Assembly: GCA_947476735.1 (NCBI GenBank)
Contig: CANJRZ010000001.1
Coordinates: 17,288-81,287, forward strand
Length of the DNA: 64,000 nt
DNA from: Sphingomonadaceae bacterium
GTDB lineage: Bacteria; Pseudomonadota; Alphaproteobacteria; Sphingomonadales; Sphingomonadaceae
Reading direction: 5' to 3'
Shown: positions 9,401-20,551 of the stretch, one piece after another
Layout: each line of letters starts with the position of its first letter
Numbering within the stretch: position 1 is the stretch's first letter
The notes under the pieces: generated by a model
What the model saw: only the letters and a program-made list of their open reading frames with translations
The model's database searches: none
What the model was told of the DNA's origin: nothing
Program-made: the position numbers and the translations under genes

Positions 9401-10633
9401 ATGTCCGCTGGCCAATGTGATCCTGGGGCTGAGCTCCCCCTCACCGGTATTCGCGTTCTCGATATCAGCCGGGTGCTGGCCGGCCCATTATGCACGCAGA
9501 TGCTGGGCGACCTGGGTGCCGATGTCATCAAGGTCGAGCCCTGCGAGGGGGACGAAAGCCGGGGATGGACACCCAGGCGGGGCGACACCGGCACGGCCTT
9601 TCTGTCGGTAAACCGGAACAAGCGGAGCATGACCATCGACCTGCGCAATCCTGCCGGGCTGGACATTGTGCGCCGGCTGGCAATGGATTCGGATGTGTTC
9701 GTCGAGAGCAACAGCACCGGCGCGAGCGAGCGACTGGGCCTGGGTTTTGAAAGCCTGCGCGCGATCAACCCCGCTTTGGTCTATTGCAGCATCACCGGCT
9801 TCGGCGCGGAGGGGCCGCTCAAGGAGGCAAAGGGCTATGACCTCATGCTGCAGGCCTTTTCGGGTATTCTCGATCTGACCGGTGAGCCGGGCGGTGCGCC
9901 TGCGCGGAGCCCTTTCTCGCCGATCGACCAGGCGACCGGCCACCATGCCACGATCGGTATCATGGCCGCGCTGATGCGTCGGGTGCGTACGGGCAAGGGC
10001 GGGCTGGTCGAGGTGTCTTTGTTCGAGAGCGCGGTCCAGTTCACCTCTTATCTGCTGCAATCCTATTGGGAAACCAGAAAGGTCCCGCCCAAGGTCGGCT
10101 GCGAACATCCGTCGCTGGTTCCTTATCAGAGTTTCAGGACAGCCGATCACAATCTGCTGATCGGCATCGCAAATGATTCGTTATGGCGCCGCTTCTGCGC
10201 GGCCTTCGGTATGGATGACCTTGCCCACGATCCGCGCTTCGCGTCGAATCAATCGCGCGTCGAGCGCCGCGTGGAGACGGTGGCGCTCGTCCAGGACGCA
10301 GTGGCGAACTGGTCGTCCGAGGCGCTTCTGGCACGGTTGATCGAGATTGGCGTTCCCAGCGCGCCGATAAACAGCATCGCCGATCTCGCGGCCCATCCGC
10401 ACACCCACGCCCGGGGGATCGTCGCCGACTATATCCACCCACAGCTCGGCGCCCTGAAGGCCGTTGTCCAACCCGTGCAGTTCGACCGCCGCGTACGAAA
10501 GGCGGGAGCGCCGCCGCCCGCGCTCGGCGAGCATAACACCGAGATACTGCTTCAACTCGGTATGTCGAATAACGCGATTGAGGAGCTGCTCCAGTCCGGC
10601 GCACTGGGACGAAAGAGTCTCGCCGATGGTTGA
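9401..10633 (+). CDS. CaiB/BaiF class III CoA transferase
   Basis: GIRVLDISRVLAGP..LGDLGADVIKVE, NRNKRS, catalytic Asp in SPIDQATG. Confidence 0.93.
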   Translation: MSAGQCDPGAELPLTGIRVLDISRVLAGPLCTQMLGDLGADVIKVEPCEGDESRGWTPRRGDTGTAFLSVNRNKRSMTIDLRNPAGLDIVRRLAMDSDVFVESNSTGASERLGLGFESLRAINPALVYCSITGFGAEGPLKEAKGYDLMLQAFSGILDLTGEPGGAPARSPFSPIDQATGHHATIGIMAALMRRVRTGKGGLVEVSLFESAVQFTSYLLQSYWETRKVPPKVGCEHPSLVPYQSFRTADHNLLIGIANDSLWRRFCAAFGMDDLAHDPRFASNQSRVERRVETVALVQDAVANWSSEALLARLIEIGVPSAPINSIADLAAHPHTHARGIVADYIHPQLGALKAVVQPVQFDRRVRKAGAPPPALGEHNTEILLQLGMSNNAIEELLQSGALGRKSLADG

Positions 10634-11651
10634 TCAGTCTGCCAGCGCGGCCGTGAACCGGCAGATCGTCTTTTCATCGATCCCCGATGGTCTGCCCACG
10701 CTCGACAATTTCACATTGGTCGAAAGCCCCGTTCCCGAGCCTCAGGACGGCCAGATACGCGTCCGGCATCTGTTTCTGGGCCTGTCCCCCTCGGCCCGGC
10801 TGCGCATGGCGGGCGACAGCGATTATGGCGCGGGCATGCCTCTTGGAAAGCCGGTTCAGGGTCAGGCCGTCGGTGTTGTCGATATATCGCGTAACCCGGC
10901 CTTTCAGCCGGGCGATCATCTCGTGGTTAACGGTGGCTGGCAAAGCTATTCGGTCACCAGCGGGCGAGGCGCGACGCGCGTCGATGCCGATCTGGCGCCG
11001 CCCTCCTGCGCGCTGGGCCTGCTCGGGACTTCTGGTATGACCGCCTACGTCGGAATGCTCGATATCGGACTGCCAAAGGCCGGAGAAACCGTCGTCGTCT
11101 CGGCAGCATCGGGGTCGGTCGGCTCGGTTGCCGGACAGATCGCCAAATTGAAGGGATGCCGCGTGGTCGGCGTCGCCGGAGGCGCGGAGAAATGTGATTA
11201 CGTCACCAAGACACTGGGCTTCGACGCCTGCGTCGACCATCGTGCTCCGGGCCTGCCACAACGCCTCGCCGCCGCCTGTCCCGAGGGCATCGACATATAT
11301 TTCGAGAATGTCGGAGGTGCAGTACGCAGCGCGGTATGGCCGCTGTTCAATGATTTTGGGCGTGTGGTCCTTTGCGGGATGATCTCGGACTATCAGAATC
11401 GTGAGGGCCTGACGGGACCGGACTGGTTCCCGATCCTGACCCACCGGCTCACCATCCGTGGCTTCCTGCTGCGCGATCACGCCGATCGTCGTGATGCGTT
11501 CCTGGCCGACATGGCCGATTGGTATCGTAGCGGCATGGTTCGCTACCGGGAGGACGTTGCCGATGGGCTGGAGCAGGCGCCCGCGGCCTTCATCCGGCTG
11601 CTGCGGGGGGATAATTTTGGCAAGACACTGGTGAGGCTGGCCGATGGCTGA
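10626..11651 (+). CDS. NADP-dependent alkenal/enone reductase (CurA/PGR-like MDR)
   Basis: GTSGMTAYVG, VSAASGSVG, GIDIYFENVGG, NFGKTLV; start ATG 10626 overlaps the previous stop. Confidence 0.9.
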   Translation: MVDQSASAAVNRQIVFSSIPDGLPTLDNFTLVESPVPEPQDGQIRVRHLFLGLSPSARLRMAGDSDYGAGMPLGKPVQGQAVGVVDISRNPAFQPGDHLVVNGGWQSYSVTSGRGATRVDADLAPPSCALGLLGTSGMTAYVGMLDIGLPKAGETVVVSAASGSVGSVAGQIAKLKGCRVVGVAGGAEKCDYVTKTLGFDACVDHRAPGLPQRLAAACPEGIDIYFENVGGAVRSAVWPLFNDFGRVVLCGMISDYQNREGLTGPDWFPILTHRLTIRGFLLRDHADRRDAFLADMADWYRSGMVRYREDVADGLEQAPAAFIRLLRGDNFGKTLVRLADG

Positions 11652-12366
11652 CACGCATACCGACATCGACGGCGCAGTCGCGACCGTCACCATCGACCGG
11701 CCCCCGGTCAATGCGCTCACCATCGACAGTTATCGCGAGATAACCGGGGTTTTCAAGGTATTGGGGGCTCGCGAAGACATAGGGTGCATCATCCTCGTCG
11801 GCGCGGGCACGCGCGCCTTTTGCGCCGGCTTCGATTTCCGCCAGTTCGCGGCGGCAGGCGCCAAGGAAGACGATCCTGCCCGCCCGGCGATATTGCGCGG
11901 CATGTTCGAAGCGATCCGCAACGCACCGGTGCCGGTCATCGCGGCCGTCAACGGTCCTGCGATCGGCGCCGGCTGCGTTCTGGCGGCGGTGTGCGATATC
12001 CGCATCGCAGTCGAGACCGCCCGTTTTGGCCTGCCGGAGATCGATTTCGGCCGGATTGGCGGGGCGGCCTATCTGGCTCCGCTGCTGTCGTCCGGTTGCC
12101 TGCGGCGCATGGTCTTCACCGGCCAGCCGCTGTCCGCCCGCCAAGCCCTGCAGGAAGGACTGGTCGGGGAGATCGTCGCACCCGAAGCGCTGCTGGAAAC
12201 CTCGCTGTCGCTGGCGACCGTCATCGCCGGAAAGGCGGGGCCTGCGGTGCGGCAGATGAAGGCTGCGCTCGATGGGCTTGCCGGTCTGTCGGTGACCGAG
12301 GGATATCGCCTCGAGCAGGAACATTCGCTGCGATTGCGCGATGCGCTGTCGGGTGGAGCCGCATGA
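11644..12366 (+). CDS. Enoyl-CoA hydratase/isomerase
   Basis: AFCAGFDF, GPAIGAG, FGLPEI. Confidence 0.85.
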   Translation: MADTHTDIDGAVATVTIDRPPVNALTIDSYREITGVFKVLGAREDIGCIILVGAGTRAFCAGFDFRQFAAAGAKEDDPARPAILRGMFEAIRNAPVPVIAAVNGPAIGAGCVLAAVCDIRIAVETARFGLPEIDFGRIGGAAYLAPLLSSGCLRRMVFTGQPLSARQALQEGLVGEIVAPEALLETSLSLATVIAGKAGPAVRQMKAALDGLAGLSVTEGYRLEQEHSLRLRDALSGGAA

Positions 12367-13487
12367 TGCTCGCTGGCATTCGCGTGATAGAGATGGGCCA
12401 GAATGTCGCCGGGCCGCATGCCGCGCAGATTCTCTCCGATCTCGGCGCCGAGGTGATCAAGGTGGAGCGCCCCGGCGGCGAGGAGGGGCGCAAGCTCGGC
12501 CCTCCCTTCGTCGGCGACGACGCGGCCTGGTTCTACCAGATCAATCGCGGCAAGAAATCGGTGACGGTCGATCTCAGGGATGCCGCGGATCTCGCGCATT
12601 TTGTCGATCTCATCGCCGGTGCGGATGTGTTCGTCCACAATATGCGCCCCGGCGTGCTGGCGGGATTCGGCCTTGACGCCGCGACGTTGCGGGGACGTTT
12701 TCCGCAGTTGATCTACGCCGACATCGGAGCCTTTGGAGGCCATGGCCCGATGGCCCGGCGGCCGGGCTACGAACTGCTGATGCAGGCTTATGGAGGGTTG
12801 ATGAGCATCACGGGCGGTGCCGATGCGCCGCCCACACGGATGGGCCCGTCCATCGTCGATCTCGGCACCGGGATGTGGGCCGCGATCGGGATATTGTCGG
12901 CGCTGGTGCGGCGGGGCGCGACCGGTCAGGGCGCGCATGTCGAGGCGTCTTTGCTGGAGACGGCGCTGGGCTTTTCGGGAATCCACATCGTCAATTATCT
13001 CGCCGCCGGCACGATGCCCGAACGCAGCGCCGATGGTTTTGCCGGGCTGGCACCCTATGGCGGCATGCAATGCGCGGATGGGGTGTTGATCGTCGGCGCG
13101 GGCAATGATCGCCTGTTCGCGAAGTTGGCCGACCTGATCGAGCGCCCCGACTGGAAAAGCGATCCGCGATTCGCGACCAACGTGGCGCGGGTCGCGAATC
13201 GTGCGGAGCTGCATGCGGAACTGGACCCCATCTTCGCACGCGGGGCGGTCGCCGACTGGGCGGCGCGCTTGGAGGGCGCCGGAATACCCAATGCTCCCGT
13301 CCGAACGATCCCCGAACTTGTCGATGACGAGCAGGTTCTTGCGCTCGGAATGATCTCGCGGCTGAATCAGGCGGGAAATCCGGCAGTGCTGGGCCTGCCG
13401 CTGTCGTTCGACGGCGCCCGTCCAGCGCTCGATCAACCAGCGCCTCGTCCCGGCGAGCAGAATGACGAGCCGTGGGGCCATTCCTGA
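12363..13487 (+). CDS. CaiB/BaiF class III CoA transferase
   Basis: GIRVIEMGQNVAGP..DLGAEVIKVE, NRGKKS, SIVDLGTG; ATGA-coupled start at 12363. Confidence 0.92.
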   Translation: MMLAGIRVIEMGQNVAGPHAAQILSDLGAEVIKVERPGGEEGRKLGPPFVGDDAAWFYQINRGKKSVTVDLRDAADLAHFVDLIAGADVFVHNMRPGVLAGFGLDAATLRGRFPQLIYADIGAFGGHGPMARRPGYELLMQAYGGLMSITGGADAPPTRMGPSIVDLGTGMWAAIGILSALVRRGATGQGAHVEASLLETALGFSGIHIVNYLAAGTMPERSADGFAGLAPYGGMQCADGVLIVGAGNDRLFAKLADLIERPDWKSDPRFATNVARVANRAELHAELDPIFARGAVADWAARLEGAGIPNAPVRTIPELVDDEQVLALGMISRLNQAGNPAVLGLPLSFDGARPALDQPAPRPGEQNDEPWGHS

Positions 13488-13535
13488 TCATAACCTCGAT
13501 CAGTCAGGCTGATCGCGATTGCCTTGTAACTCATA

Positions 13536-13554
13536 AAGTAATATATACGAACTA
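13536..13554. promoter_or_regulatory. Candidate 19-bp operator upstream of the ADH gene
   Basis: aagtaatatatacgaacta; 13/19 to the reverse complement of the 14777 site; AT-rich intergenic region. Confidence 0.45.
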
Positions 13555-13637
13555 ATAACGATGCACTGCATGCTGGGGACACCGCAAGGTTACTGTCCCT
13601 CGAGCAGGCTGGGCAGTGGCGAGGAGATGCACCGGAC

Positions 13638-14732
13638 ATGAAGGCAGCCCTGGTAAAACAGCTCGACGGAATATTCCGCGTCGAAGACGTCGAAATCGCG
13701 CAGCCGATCGGGAAGGAGGTTCTCGTCCAGGTGCGGGCGAGCGGCCTCTGTCATTCGGACCTGCACCTGGCCCAAACCGACTTCGGCATCCCGCTGCCCG
13801 CAGTCTATGGCCATGAGCTGTCGGGCGTGGTGGAGGCGATCGGCCCCGAGGTCACCGAGTTCCAGGTCGGCGACCACGTCGTCGCATCGCTCATCCAGTT
13901 CTGCGGCCACTGTTTTCCGTGCCATGACGGCCGCACCTATCAGTGTGACCACCCGCACGAAACCGTGCGCGACGAGGCCGCCGCGCCGCGCCTGCGCTAT
14001 CAGGACAGTCCACTCGGCCAGGCGTTCGGCACGGGCGGCTTTGCCGAGAAGGCCCTTGTTCACCAGAACCAGCTCGTTGCCATTCCTAAGGAAATGCCCT
14101 TTGCGCAAGCGGCGCTGCTGGCCTGTGGAACGGTTACAGGCGCCGGCGCGGTTCTCAACACGGCCAAGGTAAGGCCCGGCGAATCGGTGGCGGTCATCGG
14201 CATCGGCGGTGTCGGTCTGAACGTCATTTCGGGCGCTGTTCTGGCCTCGGCGGGGAGGATCATCGCGATCGACAAGCAACCGGCCAAGGAAGCCCTCGCC
14301 CGTAAGTTCGGCGCGACCGATTTCATCAACCCGGATGATGGCGATCCCGTAGCAGTCCTGAAAGACCTGATCCCGCGTGGTGTAGACCACGCGTTCGAAG
14401 TAATCGGGCTCAAGTCGACTGCCGAAATCGCCATCAAGATGCTGCGCACCGGAGGCACGGCGTATATGATCGGCGCGCACAAGCCGGGGTCGGCGATCGA
14501 CCTCAATGTCCAGGACGACCTCGTCGGACTGCAGAAATCGGTTCGCGGCGTTTATATGGGGTCCTCGAACTTCAAACACGATATTCCAATGTACGCGAAC
14601 CTCTATCTGCAGGGCCGGCTCAATCTCGATGATCTCCTGTCGCGCGAAATCGACATCTCGGAAATCAACGACGCCTATCGAGAGCTTGAAAGTGGCATGA
14701 TCGCCCGCAGCGTGATCACGTCTTTCCGCTAG
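13638..14732 (+). CDS. Zn-dependent alcohol dehydrogenase
   Basis: GLCHSD, YGHE, structural-Zn cysteines (CGHCFPC..C), GIGGVG. Confidence 0.93.
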   Translation: MKAALVKQLDGIFRVEDVEIAQPIGKEVLVQVRASGLCHSDLHLAQTDFGIPLPAVYGHELSGVVEAIGPEVTEFQVGDHVVASLIQFCGHCFPCHDGRTYQCDHPHETVRDEAAAPRLRYQDSPLGQAFGTGGFAEKALVHQNQLVAIPKEMPFAQAALLACGTVTGAGAVLNTAKVRPGESVAVIGIGGVGLNVISGAVLASAGRIIAIDKQPAKEALARKFGATDFINPDDGDPVAVLKDLIPRGVDHAFEVIGLKSTAEIAIKMLRTGGTAYMIGAHKPGSAIDLNVQDDLVGLQKSVRGVYMGSSNFKHDIPMYANLYLQGRLNLDDLLSREIDISEINDAYRELESGMIARSVITSFR

Positions 14733-14776
14733 TCATCAAGGCCGGCAGGAGCGTGTTATCCCTTGCCAAAAATATA

Positions 14777-14795
14777 TAGTACGTATTATGTACTA
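14777..14795. promoter_or_regulatory. Palindromic candidate operator TAGTAC-N7-GTACTA upstream of the LLM gene
   Basis: tagtacgtattatgtacta, with perfect 6-bp arms, next to TTGCCA at 14763. Confidence 0.6.
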
Positions 14796-14852
14796 ACTGA
14801 ATCCGGCGGGACCGATAGAGACCGTGCGCCACGAACAGGAAAAGGACTGCAG

Positions 14853-15965
14853 ATGACCATCAATCTCGGAATGTTTGCGATGCCGGTCCATGCGCCCGGA
14901 AAGGATTATCAGCAGTCGCTGCGCGAGGATCAGGAATGTGTAATCCTGGCCGATCAGCTAGGCTTCACCGAATTCTACATGGGCGAGCATCACACGTCCG
15001 GTATCGAGACGGTCACCAGCCCGCTCATCTTCTTCGCCAGCATCGCGCGCCTTACCAAGAATATCCGGCTCGGCAGCGGCGTGCTCAATCTGCCGCAGAT
15101 GCATCCGATCTCGGTCGCCTCGAACGTGGCGATGCTCGATCAGATGACCGACGGCCGCTTTATATTCGGTGGTGGTCCCGGCACGCTCGTCACCGATGTC
15201 GAGGCGTTTGGATCGGTGCCGATGGACGTGCGCGGGCGGATGGTCAAGGAATCGATGGATTTCGTGAAGAAGCTCTGGACATCCGAGCCTCCGATCGAGC
15301 TCAAGGGCGAGTTCTGGACGATCAAGATCAAGGACAAGGTTATTCCGAAATTCCGCGTCGGCTGGATGCCGAAGCCGAAGCAGCAGCCGCATCCGCCTTT
15401 CGCGTTGACCATGGTGTCGCCCAATTCATCGACCGCCAGAGCGGCGGGCGCGGAAGGGTGGATCCCGATCTCGGCTAACTTCGTGAACCGGCGCTATCTG
15501 CGCGGGCATTGGGAATCTTATGCCGAGGGCTGCGAATCGGTCGGTCGAAAGGCCGATCCCTCGACCTGGCGCGTTGCCCGTTGCTGCCTCGTCACGGAGA
15601 GTGACGCCGAAGCGGAGGACTATATCGCGGATCCCGACAACGGCATCAGCTTCTATTATTCGTTCATGCGGCACATCGCCGAGGTCGGTCGCGGTGCGCT
15701 GTATATGCTCAAGCCCGATCTCGACATGACCGACGAAGAAGCGACGGTCGACAAGATCGTGCCGTCCCAGGTAATCTATGGCAGCCGCAAGACGGTGCTC
15801 GAAAAGCTTGTCGCTCTGCGCGAGGAGATCGGTCATTTCGGCACGCTGATCATGACGGCGCATGATTGGGATCGGCCCGCCATGTGGCGGAGGTCGATGG
15901 AGATGATGGCGCAGGACGTGATCCCGCAATTCTCGGAGCATGTGAGGGACAGCGTGCCGGCCTAA
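14853..15965 (+). CDS. Luciferase-like (LLM) flavin-dependent monooxygenase
   Basis: FYMGEHH, IRLGSGV, LDQMTDGRFIFGGGPG; start ATG 14853 with AAGGA SD. Confidence 0.9.
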   Translation: MTINLGMFAMPVHAPGKDYQQSLREDQECVILADQLGFTEFYMGEHHTSGIETVTSPLIFFASIARLTKNIRLGSGVLNLPQMHPISVASNVAMLDQMTDGRFIFGGGPGTLVTDVEAFGSVPMDVRGRMVKESMDFVKKLWTSEPPIELKGEFWTIKIKDKVIPKFRVGWMPKPKQQPHPPFALTMVSPNSSTARAAGAEGWIPISANFVNRRYLRGHWESYAEGCESVGRKADPSTWRVARCCLVTESDAEAEDYIADPDNGISFYYSFMRHIAEVGRGALYMLKPDLDMTDEEATVDKIVPSQVIYGSRKTVLEKLVALREEIGHFGTLIMTAHDWDRPAMWRRSMEMMAQDVIPQFSEHVRDSVPA

Positions 15966-16032
15966 CCGGCAAGCCAGACGCCCGCATCCCTGCGCCTCGC
16001 CGCAGAAAGCCGGCCCATGACAGGACATAGCC

Positions 16033-17559
16033 GTGACAACGCATATCACCCGACCGGATATCTCTATCGCCCATGCCGACCGCTTCTTCATCGGGGGCGA
16101 ATGGGTGGATCCGTCGAGCTCGGCGATGATCGAGGTCATCAGTTCATCGACCGAAGAGCCGATCTATCGGGTCGCGGAAGCGCAGGTCGCCGACATAGAC
16201 CGTGCGGTAGAGGCGGCGCGCACCGCTTTTGACAGCGGCCCCTGGACTGAGATGACCCACCGGGAGCGGGCTCGCCATCTGCGTGCGATCGGTGCCGGAG
16301 TTCGTAAGCGTGCCGCCGAACTCGGCGCCATCTGGGCGGCCGAGATGGGCGTGACTTATGCGATAGCCGAGGCGATGACGCTTGGGGTGGGCGACGTGTT
16401 CGACTATTATGCCGGCCTCGGAGACAGTTTTCCGTTCATCGAGCGCCATAAACCGGCGGGCGGCAATGTCGGGTATCTGGTGCGTGAGCCGGTCGGCGTG
16501 GTGGGTGCGATCATCCCCTGGAACGCTCCGCTAACGCTGCTCAGCTACAAGGTGGCGCCGGCTCTGATCGCGGGCTGCACAATCATTCTTAAGGCCTCGC
16601 CGGAGGCCCCCGGCGTCCCGCTCGTGTTCGCCGAAATCTGCAAGGCGGCGGGCCTGCCCGATGGGGTGATCAACGTCCTTACCGCGGATCGCGAGGTCTC
16701 GGAAGCGCTTGTTCGACATGCTGGGGTCGACAAGATCGGATTCACCGGCTCGACCGCCGCAGGCCGGCGCATCGCATCGATATGTGGCGAACGGATAGCG
16801 CGCTTCACGCTCGAGCTCGGTGGCAAGTCCGCCGCCGTGGTTATGGACGATTACGATGTCGGCGCGGCGGCCGACGCCATATCGAGCATGGCTTCGCTGA
16901 TGACCGGTCAGGTCTGTTCGTCGCTGACCCGGGTGATCGTCTCGCAGAATCGCCATGACGCGATGGTCGAGGCGCTGGCCGCGTCGTTCAGCCGGACCAG
17001 GGTCGGCGATCCATTCGATCCTGCGGTGCAGATGGGGCCGCTCGCGATGGAGCGCCAGCGTGACCGGGTCGAGCAGTTGATCGCCCGCGGCTGTGCAGAT
17101 GGCGCGACACTCGCGACGGGGGGAGCGCGTCCTGCGCATCTCAACCGCGGCTATTATATCGAGCCGACAGTGTTCGGCGGCGTCCACAACGACATGGCGA
17201 TCGCCCGCGAGGAGTTTTTTGGACCGGTGCTGAGCGTAATCCCGGTGACGGGGGAGCACGAGGCGATCTCGATCGCAAACGACAGCATTTACGGCCTCAA
17301 CGCGTCAGTGTTCACGCATGATAATGATCGCGCCTTCGCGGCGGCCCGAAAGCTTCGCTCGGGAACGGTGGGACATAATATCTTCCGTACCGATTTCAGC
17401 ATTGCGTTCGGAGGGTTCAAGCAGTCGGGCATGGGCCGCGAAGGCGGTGTCGAGGGCCTGCTGCCCTATCTCGAATCCAAGACGGTCATCCTCGATGGGG
17501 AGCCGTCGACACTTCGCGAAAGCCTGGCCCCGTCATCGGGCTGGGCTGACGGCGGATAA
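16033..17559 (+). CDS. Aldehyde dehydrogenase
   Basis: IIPWN, FTGST, LELGGKS, catalytic GQVC, EEFFGPV. Confidence 0.93.
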   Translation: MTTHITRPDISIAHADRFFIGGEWVDPSSSAMIEVISSSTEEPIYRVAEAQVADIDRAVEAARTAFDSGPWTEMTHRERARHLRAIGAGVRKRAAELGAIWAAEMGVTYAIAEAMTLGVGDVFDYYAGLGDSFPFIERHKPAGGNVGYLVREPVGVVGAIIPWNAPLTLLSYKVAPALIAGCTIILKASPEAPGVPLVFAEICKAAGLPDGVINVLTADREVSEALVRHAGVDKIGFTGSTAAGRRIASICGERIARFTLELGGKSAAVVMDDYDVGAAADAISSMASLMTGQVCSSLTRVIVSQNRHDAMVEALAASFSRTRVGDPFDPAVQMGPLAMERQRDRVEQLIARGCADGATLATGGARPAHLNRGYYIEPTVFGGVHNDMAIAREEFFGPVLSVIPVTGEHEAISIANDSIYGLNASVFTHDNDRAFAAARKLRSGTVGHNIFRTDFSIAFGGFKQSGMGREGGVEGLLPYLESKTVILDGEPSTLRESLAPSSGWADGG

Positions 17560-17637
17560 AGATAGATCGCGATAATGGTTTAGTTCGGATCCCTGCGGTG
17601 GCCATCCAACCCCGCCGATCCGATGATGGAGATAGTC

Positions 17638-18930
17638 ATGACTGAGACCACGGCTGTTTTTGATGTTCCGAAAGCTCCCAAATCCGTCGTCGCAACGGTG
17701 CTCAATCCGGAATGCTACGCGGATGATCGCATTTACGAGGCTTATGCCTGGCTGAGGGCAAACAGCCCCGTAGCCTTGGTTGAGCATGACGATTTCGATC
17801 CATTTTGGATCATCACCAAATATGACGACGTGCGCGCCGTCGAACTCAACAGCACCGTATTCCGCAACAGTGTCCGCTCCTACAATCTGTGCGATCGCAA
17901 GAGCATCGAACATGTCCTAAAGATCAATGATGGCAGCCCCAATCTGATCGCGTCGCTCGTCGCGATGGATGCACCTCAGCACTCGGTCTACCGCAGGCTG
18001 ACCCAGAACTGGTTTCAGGGCACCAATCTGAAGAAACGCGAAGACGAAATACGCGTGATCGCCAGGCAGGCCGTCGCCAACATGATCGCCATCGGCCCGG
18101 AAGTCGATTTCGTCAGCGACCTCGCAACCGAATATCCGCTGCGCGTGATCATGAATATTCTGGGCGTCCAGGAAGCCGACTGGCCGCTGATGCTGCGGCT
18201 GACACAGCAGAATTTCGGCACGAAGGATCCTGAACTCAGCGGCGCCGCAGAGCCGCTGAAAGAAGAGCATTATGCCAATTTCATGCACGACATGGTCAAG
18301 GCATTTTCCACCTTCTTCACCGAGGTCAGCAACGACCGCCGGCGCAGCCCAAAGGAAGATCTCAGCTCAATCATCGCCAACGCCACGTTCGACGGTGCAC
18401 CGATCCCTTATGATATCGAGATGGGCTATTATATCACCATTGTTACCGGCGGGCATGACACGACGTCCTCCGCGACAGCGACGGCGGTGTGGCAGCTGGC
18501 TGAAAAGCCTGAGCTTCTGGCACGGATCAAGGCCGACCCGACGCTGATCCCGCATCTGGTGGACGAAGCGGTCCGGTGGAGCAGCCCGGTCAAGCATTTC
18601 ATGCGAACCGTTGGTGAAGACGCGACCATTGGCGGCCAGCCGGTCCGCGTGGGCGATTGGGTCATGCTGTGCTATGGTTCGGCCAATCGCGACGAGGATG
18701 TCTTCCCGCCGGAATTCACCGTGGAACGCACGCCGAACCGCCATCTCGCCTTCGGGATCGGGCCGCATCTGTGCCTGGGCCAGCATCTCGCAAAGATGGA
18801 AATGCGGATATTGTTCGAAGAGTTGCTGCCGCACATCAAGTCGATCAACCTGCGGGGCGTCCCCAAGCAGAGCGTCGACTGGTTCGTAAATGGGCCCAAG
18901 ACGGTGCCCATCACCTTCGAATACGAATAG
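17638..18930 (+). CDS. Cytochrome P450, CYP108-like
   Basis: I-helix GGHDTT, EAVRW, heme motif [10 protein letters not shown]. Overall resemblance to P450terp is from recall. Start at ATG 17638 with GGAG SD. Confidence 0.92.
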   Translation: MTETTAVFDVPKAPKSVVATVLNPECYADDRIYEAYAWLRANSPVALVEHDDFDPFWIITKYDDVRAVELNSTVFRNSVRSYNLCDRKSIEHVLKINDGSPNLIASLVAMDAPQHSVYRRLTQNWFQGTNLKKREDEIRVIARQAVANMIAIGPEVDFVSDLATEYPLRVIMNILGVQEADWPLMLRLTQQNFGTKDPELSGAAEPLKEEHYANFMHDMVKAFSTFFTEVSNDRRRSPKEDLSSIIANATFDGAPIPYDIEMGYYITIVTGGHDTTSSATATAVWQLAEKPELLARIKADPTLIPHLVDEAVRWSSPVKHFMRTVGEDATIGGQPVRVGDWVMLCYGSANRDEDVFPPEFTVERTPNRHLAFGIGPHLCLGQHLAKMEMRILFEELLPHIKSINLRGVPKQSVDWFVNGPKTVPITFEYE

Positions 18931-18967
18931 GCGGCGGGTGCCGGATTTTGCCCGTGCGGGTCAAGGC

Positions 18968-19765
18968 ATGAGCCGCTTCGCGGGAAAGGTCGCGATCGTG
19001 ACCGGCGGCGCATCCGGAGTTGGCGAAGCGCTCGTCAGCCTGATTGTGGCGGAAGGTGGCGTCGTCGCCGTCGCCGACACTAACCCGGAGCGTGGCGATG
19101 CCCTCGCCGAATCCCTGGGGACCGACCGTGTCCTGTTCGATATCTGTGATGTCGCCGATGAGACGGCGGTATCGCACTTCGTCGATATGGTCGGCAAACG
19201 CTGGTCGGGTGTCGACTATCTCGTAAACAATGCCGGCGTCGTCGGGATGGGCTCCACGATGGATGTCGATGCATCGGCTTGGCGCCGCATCATCGATGTC
19301 GACCTCTCGTCGGCCTTCCATTTCTGCCGGTCGACGATACCGCTGATGGCAGGCCGCGATGGTGCGTCGATCGTCAATACCGCGTCGGTGTCGGGGTTGT
19401 TCGCCGACTATGGCATGGCCGCGTACAATGCCGCGAAGGGAGGGCTCATCAACTATAGCCGGAACCTGGCGCTTGATCTGTCCAGGCACGGCATCCGGGT
19501 CAATGCCGTCTGCCCTGGCGCGGTCGATACGCCGATGTTCGACGGCGTTCGCGCGGTCCCTTCGTTGCATGATGCCTATGTGCGGGCGATCCCGCTGGGG
19601 CGTCTCGGCCGTGCGGAGGAAGTGGCGAACGTGATTGCCTTCCTGTTGTCTGCCGATGCCTCCTATGTCACCGGAGCGGTGATCACCGTCGATGGCGGCA
19701 CGACCTGCGGCACATCCTTCCCAGACCTGAACGCCCACATGGCTGCGCTCAGAGAGAGCTATTGA
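18968..19765 (+). CDS. SDR oxidoreductase
   Basis: [17 protein letters not shown]. Confidence 0.92.
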   Translation: MSRFAGKVAIVTGGASGVGEALVSLIVAEGGVVAVADTNPERGDALAESLGTDRVLFDICDVADETAVSHFVDMVGKRWSGVDYLVNNAGVVGMGSTMDVDASAWRRIIDVDLSSAFHFCRSTIPLMAGRDGASIVNTASVSGLFADYGMAAYNAAKGGLINYSRNLALDLSRHGIRVNAVCPGAVDTPMFDGVRAVPSLHDAYVRAIPLGRLGRAEEVANVIAFLLSADASYVTGAVITVDGGTTCGTSFPDLNAHMAALRESY

Positions 19766-19780
19766 TATGGAGCGGTTGAG

Positions 19781-20551
19781 ATGAGGTCTGTTGCACTCGT
19801 TACCGGGGCCGCTGGCGATCTGGGCGCCGCCAGCGCCGTTGCGCTTGCCCGGGCGGGCTTCGCGGTCGTCATGACCGATTTGAACAGCGACGCTGTTCAG
19901 CGGCTGTGCGCTAGTCTGCCCGGCGACGGCCACAGCGCGTTCGCTCTGGACGTCACGTCTGAAATGTCTGTCGCCGATGTCTTCGGCCGAGTCGAAGAAC
20001 AGGTCGGGCCGGTCAGCGTGCTGGCACATCTCGCCGGGATCATCGACGGCGCGGGCCCCATGAACGGCATCCTGGTCGCCGATCTGGACATGGCCGTCTG
20101 GGACAAGGTGTTTGCAGTCAATGCGCTCGGCACCTTCCTGTGCGTGCGCGAAATGGTGCGCCGTCGGCGGCACCTTGCTGTCGAACATGGGCGGATCATC
20201 GCCTTTTCCTCGCTCGCCGGGCAGATGGGTGGCTATGTTGCGGGCGCGGCTTATGCTGCGTCGAAGGCTGCGATCATTGGCTTCACCAAGAATATCGCAC
20301 GCGAAATCGCGCCGCTTGGCATTACTGCCAATGTTGTCGCGCCCGGGGCCATCGATTCGAGCATGAACCGCCTGGCAATTGGGGCCCCCCGCGAAAGCCC
20401 CGCAGGGAATTCGGCGGGTGTCGGCACTATCCCGATGGGCCGTAAGGGCACTTCTTCGGAGGTCGCTGACCTGGTCGCTTTTCTCGCGTCTCCGCAAGCA
20501 GCCTATATTACCGGTCAGACGCTCGCCATCAATGGCGGCAGCTATATGTAG
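19781..20551 (+). CDS. SDR oxidoreductase
   Basis: TGAAGDLG, YAASK. Confidence 0.9.
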   Translation: MRSVALVTGAAGDLGAASAVALARAGFAVVMTDLNSDAVQRLCASLPGDGHSAFALDVTSEMSVADVFGRVEEQVGPVSVLAHLAGIIDGAGPMNGILVADLDMAVWDKVFAVNALGTFLCVREMVRRRRHLAVEHGRIIAFSSLAGQMGGYVAGAAYAASKAAIIGFTKNIAREIAPLGITANVVAPGAIDSSMNRLAIGAPRESPAGNSAGVGTIPMGRKGTSSEVADLVAFLASPQAAYITGQTLAINGGSYM

